A stretch of 63,846 nt of DNA, the filler included, from Reclinomonas americana ATCC 50394 (lineage: Eukaryota), in assembly GCA_048213135.1 (NCBI GenBank). It is 6 parts of 4 records of this genome, joined end to end, with 100 filler letters (N's around TTAATTAATTAA, not from the genome) between each part and the next. Parts side by side here need not be neighbours in the genome. Positions count along the whole stretch, not along the records: positions 43,648 to 51,232 come from PS015049.1; positions 51,333 to 62,336 come from PS015050.1; 4 more parts are not named here. The stretch is one strand, 5' to 3'. A program made the translations under genes and the position numbers. Positions 51,101 through 61,695 of this stretch are shown in pieces. The first letter of the stretch is position 1. Each line of letters starts with the position of its first letter. The notes beneath the pieces were generated by a model. That model saw only the letters and a list, made by a program, of their open reading frames with translations. It made no database searches and had not been told where the DNA came from.

Positions 51101-51232
51101 TCTCCCGCACCACCACTTGCCACCAGCAGTCCGTCGGCACTCACGGCCACCGCACAAACGCTAAACTGCGGGTGCGCCTGCAACACATGGAGCGTCTCGT
51201 ACGGCGCCACCGTACACCACACGCGGACAGTG
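48199..51232 (-). CDS. Long WD40 repeat array (well over ten repeats) in a single uninterrupted ORF of about 3 kb; 5' end truncated
   Basis: Repeated GH...V..V.VTPDG...SG..D.T.RVW motifs across 1007 aa with no intron needed. Confidence 0.9.
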
Positions 51233-51332
51233 NNNNNNNNNNNNNNNNNNNNNNNNNNNNNNNNNNNNNNNNNNNNTTAATTAATTAANNNNNNNNNNNN
51301 NNNNNNNNNNNNNNNNNNNNNNNNNNNNNNNN

Positions 51333-52052
51333 TCGCGAGTGCTGTCCGATTGTGCGTCGATACAGCTCGCGCGTGTGGGGATTCTTGCACCTGTCGCTGT
51401 TGGAGCACTGTGTGGCGCGTCATCTGTTTGCACTTGCCAGCTGGCGGCGTCGGTTGCGCGAGGATGATGTGCAAGAGCACATTCTGTGCCGTCGGTCGTT
51501 GGCCGATCGGCACTCTCTGGTCTCCCAGATGGCTGAGGAGGTTCGCCGCTCGGCCTCGCTGCAGGAGCGCCTGTGGGAGATGGTCTCCTTCTCTTCGCGG
51601 TCGCCCGGCAACGAGGCACTGTGCATGGCAGCCGCCAACGCGGCCACCATTTTGTGTGCCGCCCAGGTGTCGTTTTCGGGTCGTGATCTCTCCGGTGTGC
51701 AGCTGCGCGGCAGTGACTTGCGTGATGTGGTGATGCATCGTACTGTGTTCCGCGGTGCCGACCTCTGCGAGGCGAATCTGTTCCGAGCGTTTGCTCTCGA
51801 GGCGAATTTCAGTGAGGCCAGTCTCGATTCCGCTCGACTCGCTCGTGTGCCCTACGATGGTCACACCGACGAAGTGATGTCTGTGGCAGCACTTCCGGAT
51901 TCGCAACACTTTGTCACCGGTGGTCGTGACGGCACTGTGCGCTTGTGGCGGCTCACCAGTGAGGACCCTGTGCACATCTACGTGGGACACTCGGCAGCGG
52001 TGCTCTCGGTGGCGGCCAGTCGCTCGATGGTGGTGAGCGGCAGTGACGATAA
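51333..52052 (+). CDS. Fragment encoding pentapeptide repeats followed by WD40 repeats, as in the NACHT-WD40 linker region
   Basis: AAANAATILCAAQVSFSGRDLSGVQLRGSDL..GADLCEANL..ANFSEASL, then GHTDEVMSVA..TGGRDGTVRLW. Confidence 0.85.
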
Positions 52053-52341
52053 NNNNNNNNNNNNNNNNNNNNNNNNNNNNNNNNNNNNNNNNNNNNNNNN
52101 NNNNNNNNNNNNNNNNNNNNNNNNNNNNNNNNNNNNNNNNNNNNNNNNNNNNNNNNNNNNNNNNNNNNNNNNNNNNNNNNNNNNNNNNNNNNNNNNNNNN
52201 NNNNNNNNNNNNNNNNNNNNNNNNNNNNNNNNNNNNNNNNNNNNNNNNNNNNNNNNNNNNNNNNNNNNNNNNNNNNNNNNNNNNNNNNNNNNNNNNNNNN
52301 NNNNNNNNNNNNNNNNNNNNNNNNNNNNNNNNNNNNNNNNN

Positions 52342-55300
52342 TGTGGCGGTAGCGCTCGTCAAAGAACGATCGCAGATGTTCGTCGTGCGACGTTGACGAC
52401 GACTGCGCAACGGTCTGCTGCATCCAGCGAGCGCCGCCAAACCGTGAAGCACGCTCCTCCACATCCTCTTCACCCGCCAGCGGCTGAATGATAGCAACAC
52501 GCACGAGACTGGTGTGCATGGCGGCCGCCAGACCCTCACAGTAGTCCAAGCAGTCCTCCTCGGTCGGCAACAGCGATTTGCCGAGTCTCATCAGGCGGTT
52601 GCGCTCACGTTGCACCCAGTGGCGGATGAAATGGTCAAACACAAAGTTGCGTGTGAGTGGCAACGCCAGCGTGTCTGCGCTGCGGAGGGGAGCCAGCATG
52701 CGACACAGGCGGGCCAGCACCTGAACCACAGCCGACAGCAAGAACGGGGTGGTCACCAAAGCATCCAAGCCAGCAATGCTGCGCATCGCGGCACGATAGT
52801 CGTCCACGGTCATCAGAATGTCGTCACCCTCCACCTCGTCCCCCTCCAGACTGCCACCGCTACCGAATGACAAACCACGCCCGAGAGCAGCTGGTGACGG
52901 GGTTGATTCCTCCGAGGCGGCACGACTCGAATGAGACCAGCTGGAGCTGCTGGAGGCGATGGAGACAGCAGACGACAGAGCACCGACAACCAGTGGCACT
53001 GGTGAACCCTCGACCGGCGACGCAGCCCCAGCACTTGGTGATCGCGCCTGACTGTCCTGCGTTCCCAACTGCGAGCCCTTGACGTACACCAGATAGTGCT
53101 CAATGTACGTGTTGATCTGATCCTCATCGAACGGCGCAATGTATCGCTCCTGCAGTCGATCCAACTCCAATCGCCCTTGATCATCAATCGGTGCCAAGAA
53201 GCGACGGTAGTCGGTGCCACCGGAGCCGAGACCGGCCGCGTAATCCGAGCGGCACGTCACAATNNNNNNNNNNNNNNNNNNNNNNNNNNNNNNNNNNNNN
53301 NNNNNNNNNNNNNNNNNNNNNNNNNNNNNNNNNNNNNNNNNNNNNNNNNNNNNNNNNNNNNNNNNNNNNNNNNNNNNNNNNNNNNNNNNNNNNNNNNNNN
53401 NNNNNNNNNNNNNNNNNNNNNNNNNNNNNNNNNNNNNNNNNNNNNNNNNNNNNNNNNNNNNNNNNNNNNNNNNNNNNNNNNNNNNNNNNNNNNNNNNNNN
53501 NNNNNNNNNNNNNNNNNNNNNNNNNNNNNNNNNNNNNNNNNNNNNNNNNNNNNNNNNNNNNNNNNNNNNNNNNNNNNNNNNNNNNNNNNNNNNNNNNNNN
53601 NNNNNNNNNNNNNNNNNNNNNNNNNNNNNNNNNNNNNNNNNNNNNNNNNNNNNNNNNNNNNNNNNNNNNNNNNNNNNNNNNNNNNNNNNNNNNNNNNNNN
53701 NNNNNNNNNNNNNNNNNNNNNNNNNNNNGATCTTGACGTCTTGGAAGGTGTACAGCTGTGAGCGACGTGTGAGCGAGAGGGAGTGAGTGATTGAGGGAGG
53801 AGAGGGAGAGAGAGGGAGATGAATGGGCGAGGAGGTACCTTGTTGGAGCTGTATAGATTAATGTCTCGGCCAAGCTCGTCAAAGCCATCGAGGAGAAGCA
53901 AAATCTTCAACTCTCGGATGGCCCGCATATTGTCGGCCTGGAATTCGGGTAGCACCAGTTNNNNNNNNNNNNNNNNNNNNCGAGTGCCTCTTGTACCAAA
54001 TTCGTGTCGGGGCGACTTAGCTGCGCCAGAGAGACGCGCAGTGGCAAGCGAGCCGCACTTGATTCGCGCCACTGCTGCCACGCCCAGTGCGTCAGCACCG
54101 ACATACTCGTCGTCTTGCCGGCCCCGCTGTCACCCAGCAACGCCAACACCCGGCATTGCTGATCACTGATAAAGGCCTCAATCTGTCGTTTTTATAGAAG
54201 ACACAGTCTCCAAGTAAGTTCAATGTGCAGGAACACACAGGCAAATGACAGCACGCACCTCTCCGCGCAGCTCACGTGGCACCTCTTCATGACCGGAGAT
54301 GCGTGGCGTCGCGGTGCAGCGCAGCGGCACGTACATCATCATCTCCTTTTGCATGTCTTTGTTTTCCGAGTAGAACGCCAGTTCACGCTCGCACAGTTGT
54401 TGCAGTTGAGCATGCAGATCAGAGATGAGACGCCCAATTGGTGCTGAGGGAGGATGAGAGGCGTGAGGACAGCATCAATGAGGGACACAGGGCACGCAGA
54501 GTGCACACACCGGTGCGTATGTCTTGCAGTTGCTTGATAACACGGTTCATGTCGCCCAGCAGTTGCAGCTGGCGAACAAGCCGAAACAGAGAGCCTTCGC
54601 TACTGCCGCTGCCGAGGAGCTCACGCACTTCTCGGTCGTGTGCGATAAACGTCTCACGATGGAAGACAGAGTTGCGAATTTCGCGAAGCTCGGCGATGCA
54701 TGCCCGCTGCGACACCACAGGAGATGGTGTCAGCAGAAGCCTCAGTCGACATTAATGTGCTCACTCACCTCCATCTTGGACTCTATCACCATCCACTTGT
54801 TCTTCCCGCTGCCCGCGAGACCCGCATGCAGGAGAACCGAGGCAACCATGGTCACGTCCCACGTCTCGCAGCTCGGCGACGCCTTCGGATTCGAGTCGTA
54901 CGCCCTCCTCCACGCCTCGATCGACGGCCACACATCGGCGTGAAGTTTCACGCAATGTCCATCTGGTTTGTGGCTGCAGCGCACGGACAGAGAGAAAAGT
55001 TTGACATGCCAGGTCGATGGAGAGTGAGACAAGAGACGATACGCACCTCGCAGGGATGTCTCTTGTGTTCAGATGCAGCCAGTTCATCACGTCAAAGTCG
55101 CCACGATGCTTGCGCGCAAAGTCAAACAGGCCGCGTTGCACACGAAGCTGCAGTGCACGGGCCACCACACTCAGTGCCGCCACCAAGCGGATAAAATTCC
55201 CCTGCCTGTGTGTGTGTGTGTGTCTCCGAGTGAGTGGCAGCGCTGCACACGTACTCTTGTGCAGAACACGCAACCGTACCCCGTGTTGCTCGCAGTCTCT

Positions 55301-55962
55301 GCCGGCCCCGCCGCCGCGCTCTTTGCAGCAGTCACCGCAGGCGGAGTGAATGGTTCTTCTTCGCCGTCGGCACCCCATTCAGTAGCGTCAAAGGTTGGCA
55401 TTGGTGTTGGGCTGCATAGGAAGTGATGATGGAGTGAGCACGAAGCAGACACCAGCAAGAGATAGCGACAAGAAGCGTGTCTGAGACTCCACGCAGCGCA
55501 GCGGGACATGCACATTCACACGCAGGATGAAACCTGTCACAATAAGCACACCCACACACAAACCTTCCCGTCTGCTGCTGTGTGACCACCTCCATCTCAA
55601 ACGTGGTCTCGTCGCACACTCCGAGGGCGGCCAGCGGCACTCTTGCCGCCAAGTCCAACTGATACGGCATTGGCTTGATGATGCGGTCGACGTCCAACGT
55701 TGGATCTCCGCACTCTCTTCTCAAGATGGTGCACGCGCGTGCAAGCACTTGCCCAAGTGTGTCGAGTGCGCGGACATCGACCACGGTCACCGGGCGCAGT
55801 GTGGTGAGAGACGAGCTCCGAGTGCTGCTGGCGACAAAGTGCACGGCAAAGGTGCGATCCTGCAGGGGAGGAAGGTGGAGGAAAAGAAGGTGGGCACACA
55901 GAGTGGAGAGGAAGGGAGGGAGGGAGGGAGGGAGGGAGGGACAGGAAGGGAAAGCTCACCAT
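52342..55962 (-). CDS. NLR-like STAND NTPase: ubiquitin-like N-terminus, DZIP3-type HEPN-like domain, NACHT; interrupted by N gaps
   Basis: ATG at 55962 immediately followed by an intron. HEPN-like NFIRL, WDVTMVASVL and IAELREIRNSVFH (Rx4H). NACHT motifs YVPLRC, Walker A GDSGAGKT, Walker B LLLLDGFDE, VTCRSDY, IAPFDEDQI..YI, TPFLL and FDHFIRHW. Confidence 0.82.
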
Positions 55963-56058
55963 GACTACGTATGTCAAGATTTGTTCCGGGCGGGACTTGC
56001 ATGACACAAACGTGCACGTGACTTCCAGAAGTTCATGCTCATCTTCTCATTCTTTATT

Positions 56059-58564
56059 CTAACCATTGGCGGCGATGAGACGATCGAGGATCCACAGCTT
56101 CCACCGTCGCCACGCGCGCATTAATCTCCGATACAGTGGCTGCAGATTGAGCGTGTACTCGAACAGTGTGATGACACTGAAGAGCGTCAGGCCAAAGTTG
56201 ACGCGGTGTTTCACGCGCCATCTGTGCGGTGATAATGATGGTGCCGGTGGTGGTGGTGGTGGTGACAGCAGTCCGCCGGGTGGCGATGGGCTGAGACTGG
56301 GCAGCGTGTCGGCATCCGCCACCGGTGCCAGCCTGAACGAGTCCACCAGGGATGTGGTGGCGGGTTTCGCGGCTTCCGGAGGTGGTGAGGCGGCAGCCGC
56401 TGCTGGTGGTGGTGGTGGTGGTGGAGACGTTGGCGGTGATGACGCAAGGCGCTTGTGGTGCAGATCGAGAACAATCCAGAAGAGAAAGGCGTCGCAGCCC
56501 CAGGTGACCTCCAGTGGCACGCGCAGCACCGGCTGCAACGCACCCTGTCGACGTTTCGAGCGCTTGAGAAACACCTGGAAAAACGTGCTGTGATACGGTG
56601 AGGGGGGGTGTCAGTCCAGCGCGACAACGTGGAGAGCACAAGTCGAGGGGCGCGCACCGCAGCTGAATCCCCTCGGCCAGCTGCAGCATGTTTTCGGCGA
56701 CCTTTTTGCGCAGAAATGACTTGACCCTGGCGGGAGATAACAAGAGCAGTGAGCTCACGCATCGCCGACACGAGTGCTGATGAGCAGTAACCGTTGCGTG
56801 TTGGGCGGCCACACGGTCGAGCGCAGGCTGTGCTCCATCATGGCGGCCTGCAGATCGAGCCAGTAGCGCAGCACACGCGAAACCTGGTGAATAATGTTGC
56901 GCACGCGATCGACCACCTGCACGATACAGGCACGTGTCAGTCTGCCTTTCAAGGCTGCATCCCTCGCCACATGAACGCAACATGCAGTGCGCCAGGTCCC
57001 GAGCTCAACTGCGTTGCAAGGTGAGCGGAGAGACACGGATTGGCGTGATACGTGGGAGCCGACGCACTTTCATCTCGTCGGGCAGCTCCTTTTGCATCAC
57101 GGGTGGAAACGGTAGCTCGACAATCTGCCATGACAAAGAGATGAGCTCGTGAGGTGAATGCAGACTGCAAACGCGCAGGTCTTACATCTTCGCGCTCCTC
57201 CTCCTCGACACTCTGTAATGACTCCTCGTACTTGCGGCGGCGGTCGTCGGAAAACTTGCAGATCGACCACGACTTGGCCACACCGAGAATGTAGCGGCCC
57301 ATGCGAGAGAGAAGCTCCACACGGTAACCTGCAGTTTGGTGGAAGAGGATGGTGGGAACAGAGAAGTGAACAGACGGCAAAAGGAGAAAAGAACGCAGAA
57401 CAACTGGCCCTCAAGACCAAGAGACTCTTACTTCCTGTCCGCATCCATACCTTGACTCTCGCCGCTCAGCGACATGGTTGAGTAGGGTGAAAACAGATTG
57501 GTGATCGCACCCACCACATCGATAGTCTCGCTGCGACATTGTAGTGTGAGTACTCGCGATCACACTTCACGTGCCAAGCTACATGCGCACACGCAACAGT
57601 GCCGACATCCATTTGGGAGCGATGAACGAACGCCGCACTCGCACATGGTGATTCACTCGGCGCAGTCGCGTCGTGTACTCGACATTGGTCGTCGCTGTAT
57701 GTTGCCAGTGAGCTGACCTGGCTCTCCACTTGCCAATAGCCACCACCCACTCACCCGTGTATGGTCCCCACTTGCCGGCCAGCGAGTTACCAATGAGAAA
57801 GTACGGAATCGTCTGCGTTAGCAGGTTGCCGAAGCGACGCTGCCACTGATCGGTGGCATACGACGTGGTCGGCTCGCCAAACTGTTCCTCCGTACCGGAA
57901 CGAGCCAGGTTGCGTGCATGCACGCTAAAGACGCCTGGTGACACGCTTCAGAGCCCGCAGCACACGAGGCTGGAAAATTGACTGTGACACACTCACCCTT
58001 GACGTTCTCCACCTCGCGTGCCCGGGCCACCAGGCGCAAGGCCAAACGCTGCAGCAACATGAAGAGACTCCATCCACGCGGAGGATCCAGACTGAACAGA
58101 GAGCGCAGGTACCTGCACACTGCTGTTGAGAAGAGAGAGAGAATCGCAGTGCCTGTCTCCCCCTACTGGCGTGTTGAAACACAACTCAATCAGAGGAATG
58201 CCGCGGCTGAGGGCGTCGCGGACCGACTCCAAGTCGGCGACAGAGTAGTGGTACTCCTGCGTGAGTCGATAAGACAAACAACATGCACAGCGGAATGATC
58301 ATCCATTCAGCAGACCATGCCCACTCCGTAGCTGCGATGCCCCTCGCTCTGAATGTAACTATGTGTGCATGTGTGAGTGTGCACACACATGGAGACAGAC
58401 AGACAGAGCGAGTCGTGTTGTTGAACACACCACAAAGGAACCTCCACATTGGCCTTTGGTTTGCATCGCAGCGCGAGATCGATCTCGGCGTGGCTGAAGT
58501 CCCACGGATTGGCGGCATGCTGGCTTTCCCAGTTGAGTTTGGCATGGAAGCGCTCGACTTCCAT
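56059..58564 (-). CDS. Hypothetical multi-exon protein; could be two genes
   Basis: ATG at 58564 (MEVERFHAKLNW) and a chain of frame-consistent exons ending WILDRLIAANG*. No family recognised. Confidence 0.5.
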
Positions 58565-58723
58565 TGCCCTGTGGCTCACCGAGGGAGCACGAGGGGTGAA
58601 GGAAGGACGAGATGACTGCGTGCAGGACGCGAAGTGCAATAGGAACGACTTCTCAAGCGGAGCTATGCATGCCCGGATACGAGCAGTGTTCTTTATAGAT
58701 CTGAGAGAGAATGCCAGTTGCTG

Positions 58724-61264
58724 TCAGGCATCATGGTCCGCATCTGGCAGCTCCGGGTGGAACTTGCGCACCGTTTCCCACATGGCCACTGTGAGCTGCT
58801 GGTTGGTATGGTGACGAGCAGACAGTACTGCGTGCTTACGAACCACGCAAGTCGCGAACGCCCAGCTCGTGAATTGCAGCTTCGAACAAGAACTCTTCAT
58901 CGAGTCCTTCCGGGGGCCGTGCGGGTTGCTTTTTTTACAGCAGATGGCAGTGCACGGTGAGAGAGTGAAGGCTCCCACGACGCAGCAACTTGTCACACGC
59001 AACATCGTGCACGTCCACCACCAGCTGTCGGATGGGGTTGAAATAGGCATGGTCCAGCACCTCTTCCAGCGAGCACCGGTCATCCGGGATGAACTGCCAA
59101 CAGGTGAGCATGTATGGCCGGTGATACAGCTTCTCTCTCTGCTCTCACGCCTCTCACCTTGAGAATTTTTCCGATCAGGTCCAGTGCTGTTGGAGAACGT
59201 GAGTGCCACGAACAGGAGAAGCAGCGTGCCGCCGATCATGCACACACCGTCAGCAGGGCAACCAGGCAGCAACTCTGGCCAACCGGGAGGCACGCAGATG
59301 GGTCGGCGGCGGAACCAGCTGCCCATGGCCTCGGCATACTCGCCCTGCGTACTGCCGATGATCCATTCCCTCATCCTCTCATCGAAGCCGACCTTGCGCA
59401 TGATCTCGAGGATTTGGTGGGTCTCTGCATGCAACACGCTGAGCAGGGTGCACACGAGGAGGGAAACCTTGTCCCTCACCTGTTTGGCCGTCCAGCACCG
59501 GTTCGTATACGTCGTAATCTGCAGTCGCAATCGTGCGCGGCTATTGAGACGCACACGACACCTCGCGGGATAAACAAACTGAGAGAAGACAAGGCAAACC
59601 TGTGTCTGGTCTGCGCTGCGCAACGAATGCCACGGTGAGCCAAGTGAGTGGAAGACCATGGAGTGATTGAGAGAGTACTCACAACCAGCTTCTCAAAGTT
59701 GTACATGCGCGCGAGAATGCAGCCTGAAACGGTCAAGTGAGCACGAAGAGATCGTCACACACCGAAAAGAGAAAGAAAAAGACGCACCGTAGCTCCACAA
59801 GTCGAGTGCGGGAAAGAAGGAGAAAAATAGAAAGCAGTGTCAGCAGTTGAGATCATTGCAAGGGAGGGCGCTTGCTAGTCACATATCTCGGTGGTCGTAG
59901 GGCGCTCGCGCAAGAACCTCCGGAGCACCTGTACATGGGTGTGACGATGACATTCTCTGATCGGGCGACAACGCATTGACAACGCAACGGTAGGTCAATG
60001 TTTGTACGAGCGGTGTGTGTTTGTCGCCGGCGCCTGGGTTCTCGAGCATCATGCGTGACAAACCGAGGTCGCACACCTGTCAACCACGTTGAGGAGTGGA
60101 CCAGACGGCGGCACACACCCGTCGTGTTCCGGCTAGCTCACCTTGGCGCCAAGCTTCCCATCATCCCGCGTGAACAGCAGGACATTCTTTGCCGTACTGC
60201 ACACAGCGGCTGGTGAGCGCACCGAGCACATGACAGTGCTTTCCGTGACCAGCAGTCACGCAACAGATCACGGTGGAGAATGTTGGCGTCGCGCAGATAC
60301 TGCAGCGCCTTGGCCATGTCGTACATGATCAGACGCCGGTTTGTCTCGCTGCGATCGTCACTTGCTGGACCAAGGCAGTGAGGACCCATCGAACTGCAGG
60401 CGCGAGCCATCTGAGGTTGAAAGGAGACGACGGTGGTGGTGCACAGGGACGCAACGCCTCCAGTGAACCGCCGTCGACCAGCTCCGTGATAATGTAGACC
60501 TCCTGGAAATCCGCAAAGCGTGGACTTGGCGGTTTGAGGTCGAGCAAGCGCATGATCTGTGAACATTACAAGGGTGAGGCAGTGGCGATGGGTGCGAGAG
60601 TGGAGACCGACGACGCAACATTCGGGTGGAATACACGTGACAACAGTCGAAGCTCACGGAGCAGGCTGCAGAAGCGACATGAGGGCGATGGGGGGCGATG
60701 AGGTGAGGCATGGAAGATGAGTAGCTACCGTTGGACGTAGACTTTGGCACACTGGTGACTGTCGCACATGTCAGCGTCAACACGAGAGACAGGCAGACAT
60801 ACGGAGAGAGACGAAACTCCAAACGAAGAGACACACGCTAGAGGGGTCAAAGCCACATTCGTCAGTGACTATACCAACGCCTGACAGCAGAGAGAAGCCT
60901 CACCTTGACAGCCACCTCCAGCCTGCCATCATGTTCGGAAAAAATGCAAGACAACTGAGCGCCAGGAAAAGTCAGGAGACGAAGGTAGAAAGAGCATCAG
61001 ACCTAGCTCTTCGGCACTGTCCATCTGTGCGTGTGAAGAAGAGTGGTGAGAGAGAGAGACAGGAAGAGATAATGTCAGATGCGATCGTTTCTCATGATCA
61101 TCGATGGTATTCAAGCAAGCAATCGCTGCGTAACACTGCATCGCACGCACCCACAGTCAGTCAACGCAGATGCATCACCACTGGCCACACAACGCAACTG
61201 CTCCGCCACCGAGGAAACCTTCCTCAGTCATGTCGACAACACATTGAGCACCCACTGGCCACTC
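58724..61264 (-). CDS. Atypical CMGC (MAPK/CDK-like) Ser/Thr protein kinase; 5' end in an N gap; about 15 introns including a 1-nt exon and an AT-AC intron
   Basis: Spliced motifs FLGGGAYGQC, EVAVK, RLLRELRLL..HPNIMRLLD, FQEVYIITEL, ILHRDLTAKNVLL, KVCDLGLSR, VQTLTYRAPEV, VDLWSYGCI, ALDLIGKILKFIPDDR..LDHAYF, and a MAPK-like tail FLFE..KFHPE. Confidence 0.9.
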
Positions 61265-61695
61265 CTGCACACACGCAACCAACGAGTCAGGCGAACGAAG
61301 GAGGGAGAGGAGAGGAGANNNNNNNNNNNNNNNNNNNNNNNNNNNNNNNNNNNNNNNNNNNNNNNNNNNNNNNNNNNNNNNNNNNNNNNNNNNNNNNNNN
61401 NNNNNNNNNNNNNNNNNNNNNNNNNNNNNNNNNNNNNNNNNNNNNNNNNNNNNNNNNNNNNNNNNNNNNNNNNNNNNNNNNNNNNNNNNNNNNNNNNNNN
61501 NNNNNNNNNNNNNNNNNNNNNNNNNNNNNNNNNNNNNNNNNNNNNNNNNNNNNNNNNNNNNNNNNNNNNNNNNNNNNNNNNNNNNNNNNGAAGATGGAGA
61601 GAAGACCGCACCTGCTGAGCCATGTTGACAACGAAGGACGCAACTCGCGAGTCATTGTCTTGCTTACTTACTTGCGTGCGACACGGAGAGAGAGG

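Noticed and set aside
59806-59886. The AT-AC intron as evidence of a minor (U12) spliceosome
   Set aside because: It lacks the ATATCCTT donor and TCCTTAAC branch consensus, and I saw no U12-type donor elsewhere in the window.
3063-61198. GTTGCGT introns as a recent Introner/transposon family
   Set aside because: Beyond the first seven bases the intron bodies look unrelated by eye, with no terminal inverted repeats or target duplications. An ancient burst cannot be excluded without all-versus-all alignment.
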